A DNA stretch of 64,000 nt from Mobula hypostoma (taxonomy: Eukaryota): NCBI RefSeq assembly GCF_963921235.1, contig NC_086097.1:140678001-140742000 (forward strand). Direction: 5' to 3'. The notes below the pieces were generated by a model. It was given only the letters and a program-made list of their open reading frames with translations, ran no database searches and was not told where the DNA came from. This document shows positions 53,778 through 64,000 of this stretch, piece by piece; positions within the stretch are counted from its first letter, which is position 1; each line of letters opens with the position of its first letter. Position numbers and translations under genes: made by a program.

Positions 53778-54080
53778 CTCTCTCCAACGGTACAACAACA
53801 GCGATTACTTCAAACTACCCTAGACTGAACTGAACTCTGCTTCACCTTAAGACTGATCATTTTACCCCTAGACTGCGATAGAGCTTGGTTGATTCCTATT
53901 ACCCTATTTCTGTGTATATGTGTGTACTATCATTGCTAACCTGTTACATTTATATCCTTGCGGTTAGTGTACTGTATTACTTATCTTTGTTAATAAAACT
54001 TTAGTAGTTTCTAGTAATCACAGACTCCAACGAGTGTTCCATTTCTGCTGGTTTGACAACCCAGTTACGGGGTACGTAAC
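52818..54080 (+). mobile_element. Solo LTR (5' edge clipped) directly upstream of V-b
   Basis: Ends ...ggggtacgtaaCA at 54080. AATAAA near 53992, internal (CT)n. The start cctgggtaa resembles the TGTAACACC(T/C)TGGG start of the 63-kb LTR. Confidence 0.65.
53739..53784. repeat. (CT)n microsatellite inside the LTR
   Basis: Seen directly. Confidence 0.95.
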
Positions 54081-54340
54081 AATGGGAACTTGAGAGACAG
54101 AGGTTGTGTAATCTTTAAAGCGACGCCTTATGTATTCCAAAGTTCTACACTCGCAAACTGGCGACAGAAACCATTGCTGTTCACTGCTCTCTCCAGGGAA
54201 AAGGATCCACGAGTAAAAGCGTAAATAAAGGTGAAGGTGAAGGACACACTGCGCGGCCGCTGGGACAACCAGTCAATATCCGGGCACTTGCTGATTACAT
54301 CTAACAAGGCCACGACAAGAGCCAGTCCCCCCGGAAATTT

Positions 54341-54392
54341 CACCGCTGCATTATCTGTTCACTGCTTACCACCCTGGCGCTTTCTCTCGCAA
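54341..54392 (+). other. TRGV: V-b leader-like exon with no in-frame ATG
   Basis: HRCIICSLLTTLALSLA plus 1 nt, strong donor GTATGT at 54393. In-frame TAA at 54302-54304 with no ATG between it and the donor. Confidence 0.65.
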
Positions 54393-54458
54393 GTATGTCC
54401 ACCACCGCTCCAGCTTTCCCCTTCAAGACAGCGTGGCTTCAGTGTATTTTATTTGCAG

Positions 54459-54750
54459 CTGGATATCTGGCCGAGGAATTGAAGATGCCTCACATTTCAA
54501 TCACGAAGCCCGAGACGACGACGGTGAAGCTACTGTGCGAGGTAAGGGCACTCGATGACATCCACTGGTACCAGCAACTCGCCAACCAGGCACCCAGAAG
54601 GATCCTGCGCTTTAGCAAAGGTCGAACGGAGCGGGATCCGGGAGTGTCCGCCAAGTTCTCAGCCGAGGGCAGTGACCCTTTCTTCTCTCTTGTGATTGAC
54701 AACATCGCCCTGACAGATGCCGCCATCTATTACTGTGCCCGCTGGGTCAG
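54459..54750 (+). CDS. TRGV: TCR gamma variable segment V-b (V exon open; leader atypical)
   Basis: Acceptor tattttatttgcAG. GYLAEELKMPHISITKPETTTVKLLCEV...IHWYQQLANQAPRRILRF...DAAIYYCARWVS, followed by a consensus RSS. Confidence 0.87.
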
Positions 54751-54789
54751 CACAGTGTGAAGCGGCGGCAGAAAGGCGATACAAAAACC
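54751..54789 (+). other. V-b RSS (consensus 23-RSS)
   Basis: CACAGTG, 23 nt, ACAAAAACC. Confidence 0.96.
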
Positions 54790-55780
54790 CCAGTCTCTCC
54801 TACCGCTCGACTGTTTCACCAGGGAAAGGAAACTTCATGGCATTGACCGGAGATGGAGGCAACGTTCCCACTAAACAAAAGGAATGTAATTCTATTCAGG
54901 GATCCAGTGCTGAAGCGGGAAGCGGCACGTGGTGCAGAAAACACAGGTGCGGCAGGTCTTCAGAACAGCTGACGGAAGATAGTTTACAGCAAAGTTAGCG
55001 AAGTTATGCTCTGTGTATGGAACCATAGCTGGAATATCGTGTCCAGCATTGGTCCAGTTATTTAAGGATGTGAATACATTGGCGGTTCTATTTATTATAA
55101 ATTACTATGATTGCACATTACACATTTAGACTGAGACGTAACGTAAAGATTTTTACTCCTCATGTATCTAAAGGATGTAAGAAATAAAGTCAATTCAATT
55201 CAATTATTTAGAAGCAGTTCAGAGAAGGTACATTGGAACGAGGGGAAAAAGGATGGTCAGGCTAGATTCACATCCACTGGATGTTTTAATAGTAAGAGGG
55301 TTCTTAATTAAAGCGCACTGTTCGCTGATGAACGTTGACAGTGAGGCGTGTAGAGGATGTTTCCATTCGTGCCAGAGCCTAGAATGGGAGTCAGTGTTGA
55401 ATGGTTGTTGTCCATTAACGAGAGAGATGAAGAGAGGGGTTTCTCTCGAACGTCTGTGACTCCTGGAAGCTCTCGAGTAAGCAGGGTCTTTGTATAATTT
55501 GAAGGCAGAGGGAGATTAATTATAGATAAGTGAGAGCGTGAAAGTTTGCCGCGAGCAGTCTAACTGAGGAATTGAGTGTGGATCTCACCGAGGCATAACG
55601 GAAAGCTGCAGCGACGGGCGACATCAGGCAGGGACGCCTGGTGTGCGTGGACAAGAATTCACCTCGGGGTGACACTCGACTTCCTGCGGACAGCGGTTGG
55701 GTTGGGCTTCTGGGCCACGTGGTGGGGGTGAGATCCGGATTGAAATTCAGCGCCGAGTCTGAATAGTAAACGAGCGGTCG

Positions 55781-55788
55781 TGATGTCA
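55781..55788 (+). promoter_or_regulatory. CRE-like decamer core in the V-c promoter
   Basis: cgTGATGTCA about 100 nt before the ATG, resembling the TCR V-promoter decamer AGTGA(C/T)(A/G)TCA. Confidence 0.45.
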
Positions 55789-55888
55789 TCGCGTCAAAAG
55801 GAATCCGCAGTTTGCGGCTTCGAAAAGGAGTGAACCTGTTGACGGGAACTCACTCAGCTGGATCAACGAGACGCTCTATCTCCCCAGT

Positions 55889-55931
55889 ATGAAGGTGTTG
55901 CTGACCGTCATTTTATTGGCCTGCTTTCTCG
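55889..55931 (+). CDS. TRGV: TCR gamma V-c leader exon
   Basis: MKVLLTVILLACFL plus 1 nt, donor GTCAGT. Phase-1, 94-nt intron ending ttttcttccacAG at 56025. Confidence 0.9.
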
Positions 55932-56025
55932 GTCAGTGTTTCTGCATTTTAATCCCTGTTCTCCTTTGCTCTTCATCGCCACACTGTGGAATAATTCAAA
56001 CACGTTGTATTATTTTCTTCCACAG

Positions 56026-56332
56026 GTAAAGTGGAGCTTCAGATATTGACACAGGCTCAATTATCGATCACCAGGTCTCCGACAAAACCTGTGCACTTTC
56101 ACTGTGATATTCAACAAACCGACTTTGCGGAAGCTGTTATACATTGGTACAGGCAGAGGCCGGGTCAAGGTCTGCAGCGGCTATTGTATTTTAAGAATTC
56201 ATCGGACACTCAGAGGGATGTGTCTGACGAACGATTAATTGCGAGCAAAGTACCTGAGACTCAATCGTGCATTCTGCTCTTGATGAATGCCCGCGAGGAT
56301 GATTCCGGCACCTATTACTGCGCTTACTGGTA
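56026..56332 (+). CDS. TRGV: TCR gamma variable segment V-c (apparently functional)
   Basis: GKVELQILTQAQLSITRSPTKPVHFHC...VIHWYRQRPGQGLQRLLYF...EDDSGTYYCAYWY, followed by an RSS. Confidence 0.92.
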
Positions 56333-56371
56333 CACAGTGACGAAATGCGAAGGGAAGCCAGTACATAAACC
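56333..56371 (+). other. V-c RSS (23-type)
   Basis: CACAGTG, 23 nt, ACATAAACC (one nonamer mismatch). Confidence 0.93.
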
Positions 56372-57949
56372 CATCGGGTACCTTGTGCATAACGAGTTCA
56401 CTGATTGCAGACCAAGTAACAGGTGTGGTGCCTCACGATCTCCACGAACACCTGCGTTTAACGAATTCTCTTCGTTGTTTTTAACCACGGTTAAATTTGC
56501 ATTTTACTTTACAGCTTCGTTGAACAAGCTGTTTCGATAAATGTGCGATAGAGAATTAACGTGGATCCAAATTTCATGAATGAATACGAGCCAAGAGCCT
56601 AAGTACCTACTGACGCTCACATAAAACCTGGTCGTGTGATCTCAATGAACTAAAACGCCAGTCCAATTATTCCTGTTCTGACCTAGGGCTATGGAGTTGT
56701 ACAATACGTAAAGAGGTCTTTCGGGCGATTTTCCCTCCTGCATTTATCCTACTTGCCCGCCTTTCACAGAGTTATCTAGCACGGAAACGTCATTCATAGT
56801 GACCATTCGCTATACGTGTGCCCCACCTGATTTTATACACCTCTATATCTCTTCCAAAGCCTCTAACACACTCGGGATAAATCCCAGGTCTATCCAGACT
56901 CCCCTTAAACAAAAGTCTTTCTGTCCAGTTAACATTTGCGAATCTTCTCTGCACCATAACGGAATCCATCCTGTAGCTAGCCGACCAGAAATGATAACCA
57001 TACTCCAAGACACGAGAAAATCTGCAAATGCTGGAAATTCAAAGCCATCAGGATGATCTCGCCCAAAAACGTCGAGTGTGTACTCTTTCCCATAGATGCT
57101 GCCTAGCCTGCTGAGTTCCTCCAGCCTTTTGAGTGTGTTACCATACTCCAGTTGAGGTTTTACTAATATTTTGTACAACAGTAACATGATATCCTTACAG
57201 TTGTAATCAATGAACTAACTAGTGAAAGACTGCGTGCAAACGAAAACTTCGCAACCCTATCCTTCCCTGTTTCCGACTTCATGGAACTATATGCTTGTGC
57301 CCCTCGATCCCTCTGCTTTACGTCCATTTACTGTGTAAATCCTGTCCTGCTTTAAGTTACCAAAATACAACACTTCAGATCTCTCCGAGTTAAATTCCAT
57401 CTGCTATACCTTGGCCTATTTCCCGAGTTGATCGAGATCCTCTTGTAATCTTACACAACTTTCTAAGCTGACCGATTACAATTTTGAGGTAGTCTGCAAG
57501 CTTACTAGCCATGGCATCTACATTTCGATCCAATTTTCTATTGCAGACGACTGAATAATAGTGTGCCCAGCATTCCCGAGGAACTCCTTTGCTGTTCTTC
57601 CAAGGTAATACTCTGTACTTATTTGCCGCACATTCTCGTAACCAGAACAATTGTCGAAGAGACTGAAGGTGTATTGTTTGTGGCGGCATTCCACGGAATG
57701 AACAAGGCTAAATCTGATATTAAAGTAGAAATCCTACTGTTGTAATCAATATTGAAATCCTTCTGTTGTAATAAATCCTACCACAAGGCAATCGGTATCG
57801 TTACGGCTCACTCACCCTGGATTCCGTGTAATCTTACATTGCAGATCAGACGGCCATGCGGATTCTTCTACAAGGTCTTGCTAAGGTCCATGTAGACAAA
57901 ACTGCACCCCTATTAGTACTCTTAGTCATTTCTTTAATAATATAAATCA

Positions 57950-60900
57950 AGTTCGAGACACGTGGCGCTCCCATGTACTGACTATGCTGACAGTCCCCAG
58001 GGGAATGCAACGGAGACCAGATTACTGGCACTGAGCATGGATCCGTGGTGCTGAAGGGAAAGAAAAAGAAGAAGAGGGAAGCAGTAGTGAGAGGGGACTC
58101 AGTAGTCAGAAGAACACACAGGAGATTTTCTGGTCGTGAAAGGGTCACCCGGATGGTATGTTACTTCTCAGGTACCAGTGTCAGGGACGTCTCGCATCGC
58201 GTCCATGGCATTTTGGAGGGGGAGGGAGAGCAGCCAGACGTCTAGGTACATATTGGCACCAATGAAATAGGAAGGAAAAGCAAAGAGGTCCTGAAGAGAG
58301 AATTTAGAGAAATAAAGCTGAGAAGCAGGACCCCCAAAGTAGTAGATAGATAGATAGATGGATAGACATACTTTATTGATCCCGAGGGAAATCGGGTTTC
58401 TTTAATGTTGCATCAACCAAGAATAGAGTATAAATACAGCAAAATAAAACCATAAGTAATTAAATAATAATATGTAAATTATGCCGGATGTACATAAGCC
58501 CAGGACCAGCCTATTGGCTCAGGGTGTCTGACCCTCCAAGGGAGGAGTTGTAAAGTTTGATGGCCACAGGCAGGAATGATTTCCTATGACGCTCTGTGTT
58601 GCATCTCGTTGGAATGAGTCTCTGGCTGAATGTACTCCTGTGCCCAACCAGTACATTACGTAGTGGATGGGAGACACGGTCCAAGATGGCATGCAACTTG
58701 GACAGCATCCTCTTTTCAGACACCTCCGTCAGAGAGTTCAGTTCCATCCCCACAACATCTCTGGCCTTACGAATGAGTTGGTTGATTCTGTTGGTGTCTG
58801 CTACCCTCAGCCTGCTGCCCCAGCACACAACAGCAAACATGATCGCACTGGCCACCACAGACTCGTAGAACATCCTCAGCATCGTCCGACAGATGTTAAA
58901 GGACCTCAGTCTCCTCAGGAAATAGAGACACTCTGACCCTTCTTGTAGACAGCCTCAGTGTTCTTTGACCAGTCCAGTTTATTGTCAATTCGTATCTCCA
59001 GGTATTTGTAATTTCTAATTTGTAATTTCTGGATTGCTGTCTATGCCACGCGCCATTGAGGGTAGAAGCGGGATTTGGCAGAAAAATGCATGGCTGAGAA
59101 GAAGGTACAGGGGGAAGGGCTTCAGGTTGTTAGAACACTGCGATCTCTTATGGGGGAGGTATGACCTGTACAAAAGTGACGGGTTGCACCTGAACCCGAG
59201 GGGGAACAATATTCTCGCAGGCAGGTTTATTAGAGCTGTTGGGGTGGGTTTAGACTAATTTGGCAGGCGGGTGGGAACCGGAGTGAAGAGACTCAAGATA
59301 GGACGGATGGTAAAAAAAGGAAAGATTGCGTGCAGTCAAACTGTCTGGAAGTACAGGCAGATAGTAGGACAAAATGGCAGCCAGTGCATTAGGGATGCAG
59401 AATCAAAAAAGGTAGTAACTGCAGTTCTCAAAGTGTTCTACCACATTGCACGGACTATACGACACTATTACAGAATGTCCGGTGTGATGTGGCCATCGCT
59501 GGATTGTAGCTGAAGGATGGTTGTAGTTGGGAGCTGAATGTCCAAGGATACACGTTGAATCGGAGGATTAGGAAGGTTGGCAGAAGGGGTGGCGTGGCTC
59601 TGCTGGTAAAGAATGGCATTAACTCAGAAGAAAGATGTGACATAGGATTGGAAGATGTTGATTCCTTGAGGGTTGAGTTGAGAAACTGGAGAGGTAAAAG
59701 CACACTGATATCAGTGCAATACAGGCTCCCCAGCAGTAGCTGGGATGTGGACCACAGATTACAACAGGGAAATGGAAAAGGCATGTTAAAAAGCCAATGC
59801 TTTAATAGTCATGGGAGATTTTAACATGTACAAACGTTTGTAGAACTATTGGGGAAATCAAGTTGGTAATGGATCTCAACAGAGTGAGTTTGTTGCATGC
59901 CTATGAGATGGCATTTTAGAGCAGTTTGTTGTTGCGAATACTAGAGGATCAGTTATACTGCATTGGCTGTTATGTAATGAACCAGAAGCAATTAGGAAGC
60001 TTAAGGTAAAAAAAAAACCCTTAGGAGGCCGTGATCATATTCACTGTCAGCAACTTCCAGTTTGATAGGGAGAAAGTAAAGTTTGACGTAGCAGTATTTC
60101 AGTGGAGTATAAAAAAATTACAGTGGTATAAGAGAGGATCAGACCAAAGCAATTTGGAAGTTGCTGACAGGGATGTCAGCGGAGCAGTAATGACGTGGGT
60201 TTCTTGGAATAATGAGGAGGGTGCCGTATAGATGAATTCCAAAAATAAAGAAATACCCAAATGGCAAAATAGTACAACCCAGGCTGACAAGGGAAGTTAA
60301 AGCTAATATAAAAGCAAAAGAGATAGCACGTAATAAAGCAAAAATTAGTGGGAAGATAAAGGATTGGAAAGCTTTTAAAAACCTACAGAGAACAACTAAA
60401 ATAATCATTTGGAGGGAAAAATGCAATAGGAGAGCAAGTTAACAAACAATATCAAAGTGGATATTTAAAGCATTTTCAAGTATGTAAAATTAAAAGAGAT
60501 GAGAGTGGATATAGGACTGTTATAAAATGAGACCGGAGAAGTAATGACAGGGGAAAAAGAGATGGCAGAGGAACTAATCGAGTATTTTGCATCAGACTTC
60601 ACTATTGAAGAAACTAGCAGTGTGACAGATGTTGAAGGGTGTGAGGTAGGAGAAGTGAGTACAGTTACTATCAGAAGAGAGGAGGTACTCAAAAAGCTGA
60701 AGGATCTAACAATTCAAAAGTTACTCGGGCCAGATGAATTGCACCTTAGGGTTCTGAAAAAGGCAGTGGCAGAGATTGCGGAAACATAAGTAATGATCTT
60801 TCAAAAATCAGTGGACTCTGGCGTGGTGCCAGAGGACTGGAAAATTGTAAATGTCACCCTATTCTTTAAGAAAGGAGGAAGGCAGCAGAAAAGGAATTAT

Positions 60901-62270
60901 AGACCAGTTGGCTTTACCTCAGTAGTTGGGAAGATGTTGTATTCAATTGTTGAGAATGAGGTTATGGAGTACTTGGTGGCAAAGGACGCGATAGGACAAA
61001 CTCATCAGTGTTTCCTTCAGGGAAATTCTTGTCTGACGAACTGGGTGGAATTCTTTGAGGAGATTACAAGTAGGATAGATAAAGGGGATGCAGTGGGTGT
61101 TGTATATTTGGACGTTCCAAAGGCCTTTGACACGTGAGGCCACACATGAGGCTGCTTACCAAGTTAAGAGCCCACGGTATACAGGGAAGTTATTGGCATG
61201 CCTCGAGAATTAGTTGATTGGTAGGTGGCATCGAGTGAGAATAAGCCGATGGTTTTCTGGTTGTCTGCCAGTGGTTAGTGGTGTTCAGCGGGGGTCACTG
61301 CTTCTTTTTATGCTGCATATCAATGACTTAGATGATGGAATAGATGGCTTTCTTGTCAGGTTTGTAGATGATATGAAAATTTGTTGAGGGCATATAGTGT
61401 TAAGGAAACAGGTAGGCTGAAGAGGGCTCAGACAGATGAAGAGAATGGGCAAGAGAGTGGCAAATGAAATAGAATGCCGGAAAATGCATGGTCATGCACT
61501 CCGGTAGTAGAAATAAAGTACAATCTATTTTGTAAACAGGCAGAAAATCCAAAGATCTGAGATCCAAAGGCACTTGGGAGTCCTTATGCAGAACACCCTA
61601 AAGGTTACCTTGCTGGTTTAGTCGGTGGTGAGGAAGGCAAATGCAATGTTAGCACTCATTTAAAGGGGTCTAGAATACAAGAGCAAGGATGTGATGCAGA
61701 GGCTTTATAAGGCAGTGGTGAGGCCTCACTTTGAGTATTGTGAACAGTTTTCGGCTTCTCATCTAAGAAACGATGTGCTGATATTGTAGCGGGTTCAGAG
61801 GAGTTTCACAAGGAAGATTTCGGGAATAAACAGGTTAACATACGAGCGTTTGGGACTGTACTCGGTGGAATTTAGAAGGACGGGAGCATCTCATTGAAAC
61901 CTGTCCAATGTTGAAAGGCCTAGACAGAGTGGATGTGGATAGGATGTTTCCCCTGGTGGGGGAGTCTAGGACAAGAGGGAACAGCCTCAGGAGAGAGGGG
62001 CGTCCATTTATAACAGAGATGCAGAGAAATTTCTTCAGCCAGAGGGCAGTGAATTTGTGGAATCTGTTACCACAGGCAGATCGTTGGGCGGATTTAAGGC
62101 AGAGATTGATAGGTTCTAGATTGGACACGGCATCAAAGGTTACGGGGAGAAGGCTGGGGGAGTGGGGCTGAGGAAGGGAAAAAAAGGATCAGACATGATT
62201 GAATGGCGGAGTAGACTCGATGGGCCAAATAGCCTAATTCTACTCCTATGTCTTATGGTCCTATGGTCTT
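57950..62270 (+). mobile_element. Degraded near-full-length CR1 interrupted by a Rex1-type LINE
   Basis: ORF1 GDSVVR and DGLHLN; APE and RT remnants (DVPKAFD); tail tcttatggtcctatggtc. Confidence 0.82.
58345..58995 (-). mobile_element. Rex1/Babar-type LINE 3' fragment
   Basis: MLRMFYESVVASAIMFAVVCWG...RKSFLPVAIKLYNSS; (TCTA)n tail at ~58345-58365. Confidence 0.8.
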
Positions 62271-63056
62271 AACAGTCTTGCCTTTCGAAATGCTCTAAAA
62301 TCTGGACCCACAGAAATTCCGTCCAGCAATTAGTCTGTATCTTGACCGATGGACAGTAGCTGCCAGACGAAGCGGTCCCCCAATTTAGGACAGGTCTTAC
62401 CAATGTAGAGGAGGCCGCATTGGGATCAGCGGCAAGATTCCGGGAATGAAAGGGTTCCAATACGAGGACTGAATCATGGCTCTGGGCATGTGTTCCCTGC
62501 AATTGAGAAAAATGGGGGGTGGGGGGGGGGGGAAATTTCATTGAAACCTATCAAATGCTGAAAGCCCTCGATGGAGTGGATGTAGAGACGATGTTTCCTA
62601 TGGTGGGGAATCCAGAACCAGAGGGCAAGGCCTCAGAATGGAGGGCAGTTTATTTAGAATGGAGATGAGGAAGAATTTATGTCGCCAGAGAGTAATGAAT
62701 CTGTGGCTGTGGAGTTGAAGTCACTGAGTATACTTAAGGCAGAGGTTGATAGGTTCTTGATTGGTCAGTGCATGAAGGGTTTCGGGGTGAAGGCAGGACA
62801 TCAGGGCTGAGAGGGAAATGGATCAGGCATGATGAAATGTCGGAGCAGACTCGATGAGTCAAATGGCCTAATTCTGCTCCTATATGTTATGGTTGAATAG
62901 GCAGGTGTAGCACTTTAGCAGCTTGTAGGGATAAATGCAGGGTGGGAGATTAGTGGGGAGGGACGAATGGACAAGGGAACCACGGAGGGAGCGATCGCTG
63001 TGGAAAGCGGGAAGTACTGGGGGGAGGGCGACGGAATCGGGAGAGGTAATGATATG

Positions 63057-63622
63057 TGTAGCCCTCTGTTTCGGACGGCGGCGTTAGTCAAGGTGAAGAG
63101 AGTCTCCGGCGCCGCAGAACTTGTGAAATCTCTTTTGCTTTGGATGCTGCGTGATGTTTCCCCCTGTTACCAATCAGTACCACGAAATAACAAACAGTAC
63201 ACCACATGCAATTAAACGATTGGGCTTCATAATTCTTAATTTGACCAGAGGGTTAGTAAAGAAAAACAAAAAGAGAAAGGGCCGATTTTAGCGAAACAGT
63301 CTAAATGTGCACGTTGGAGCTCACTGTTTTCCCGTCCCTTCGTGTTCCATCGATTTCCCCCGGGCGACGTCGACTCCTGACCCCATTCCAAATCCACTCT
63401 GTCCTGCAGTCTACGATCTCTCCGTTCTGGCATCTTCTCTCTCCACCTTCTGCCGCACGAAAGCCCGCGAATACTTCACTCTCGGGTACACAAGAAAGGA
63501 AAATCACTCCCTCACTGGACGACGCACATTTCAAAGTCCCCGGTAGCTCTAGTCATAACGCAAATACTGTTGCTGCAGAGAAACCATTAAATTAGCAGAG
63601 AAATCTTTCCCAAGGTGTTACA
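63057..63622 (-). mobile_element. Solo LTR (566 bp) inserted in a Penelope-like fragment
   Basis: TG...CA termini, degenerate 4-bp TSD TATG/CGTG. The paralogous site at ~27280 is empty. Confidence 0.7.
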
Positions 63623-64000
63623 CGTGTTTGGTGGAAGGGTCCCTTTGGAGATATCGGAAGTTGTGGAGAATGATGTGTTGGATGTGGAGGCGCATGGGGT
63701 GGTAGATAGAACAACAGGAACACTATCACTGTTTAGGCGAAGGGAGGACGAGGTGAGCACGGCTGTTAGGAAAATGGAGGAGGTGAGGGTGAACGCAGCA
63801 TCAATGGTGGAGGAAAGGAAACCCCATTTCTCCGCCCAAAAGGTCCACTGCTTTTTTCATTTCCAGAGATGCTGCCTGACCGGCTGAGTTCCTGCAGATT
63901 CTTGGGTGTGTTGCTTCTGTTCACTTTTCCTGAGCAGCGGTATTGTTTTTGATTTAAATCAGAACCTTCCAGTTCCTGATGTTGGATTAGACTGTAATGG

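Noticed and set aside
56021-56031. AG|GTAAAG at the V-c acceptor (and AG|GTAGAA at V-a) as recursive splice sites
   Set aside because: An expected consequence of the phase-1 xGT codon at V-exon starts; no further support.

Overview
Repeat-rich vertebrate DNA, most likely from a cartilaginous fish (probably a ray; inferred from the repeat families and the V-gene style). The left 10 kb holds the first four coding exons of SUSD5 on the minus strand (signal peptide, Link module, Sushi domain) with its CpG-island promoter. The rest of SUSD5 lies off the left edge. The right part is the 5' end of a translocon-type T-cell receptor gamma V cluster on the plus strand. It has three mutually divergent V segments, each with a 23-type RSS (V-a ~39.3-39.8 kb, V-b ~54.3-54.8 kb, V-c ~55.9-56.4 kb), and a probable decayed V relic at ~40.3-40.5 kb. 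No J or C segment was found. Most of the remainder is nested transposons: CR1 (one nearly intact 4.1-kb copy), Rex1/Babar, RTE, Penelope-like fragments, tRNA-derived SINEs, three solo LTRs and a Sleeping Beauty-like Tc1. The best leads are: (i) V-b has a normal-looking spliced leader exon with no ATG, while its 66-nt stop-free intron supplies an in-frame ATG and a plausible signal peptide; (ii) an unidentified repeat-free CpG-retaining island at 17.9-18.9 kb has phase-compatible minus-strand splice signals; (iii) SUSD5 sits head-to-head with TRG, with CTCF-like sites between them; (iv) the SB-like element has a rearranged left arm; (v) a duplicated cassette is shared by ~27 kb and ~63-64 kb. 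All identifications were made by eye with no database searches. TE boundaries are approximate unless termini or TSDs are quoted.
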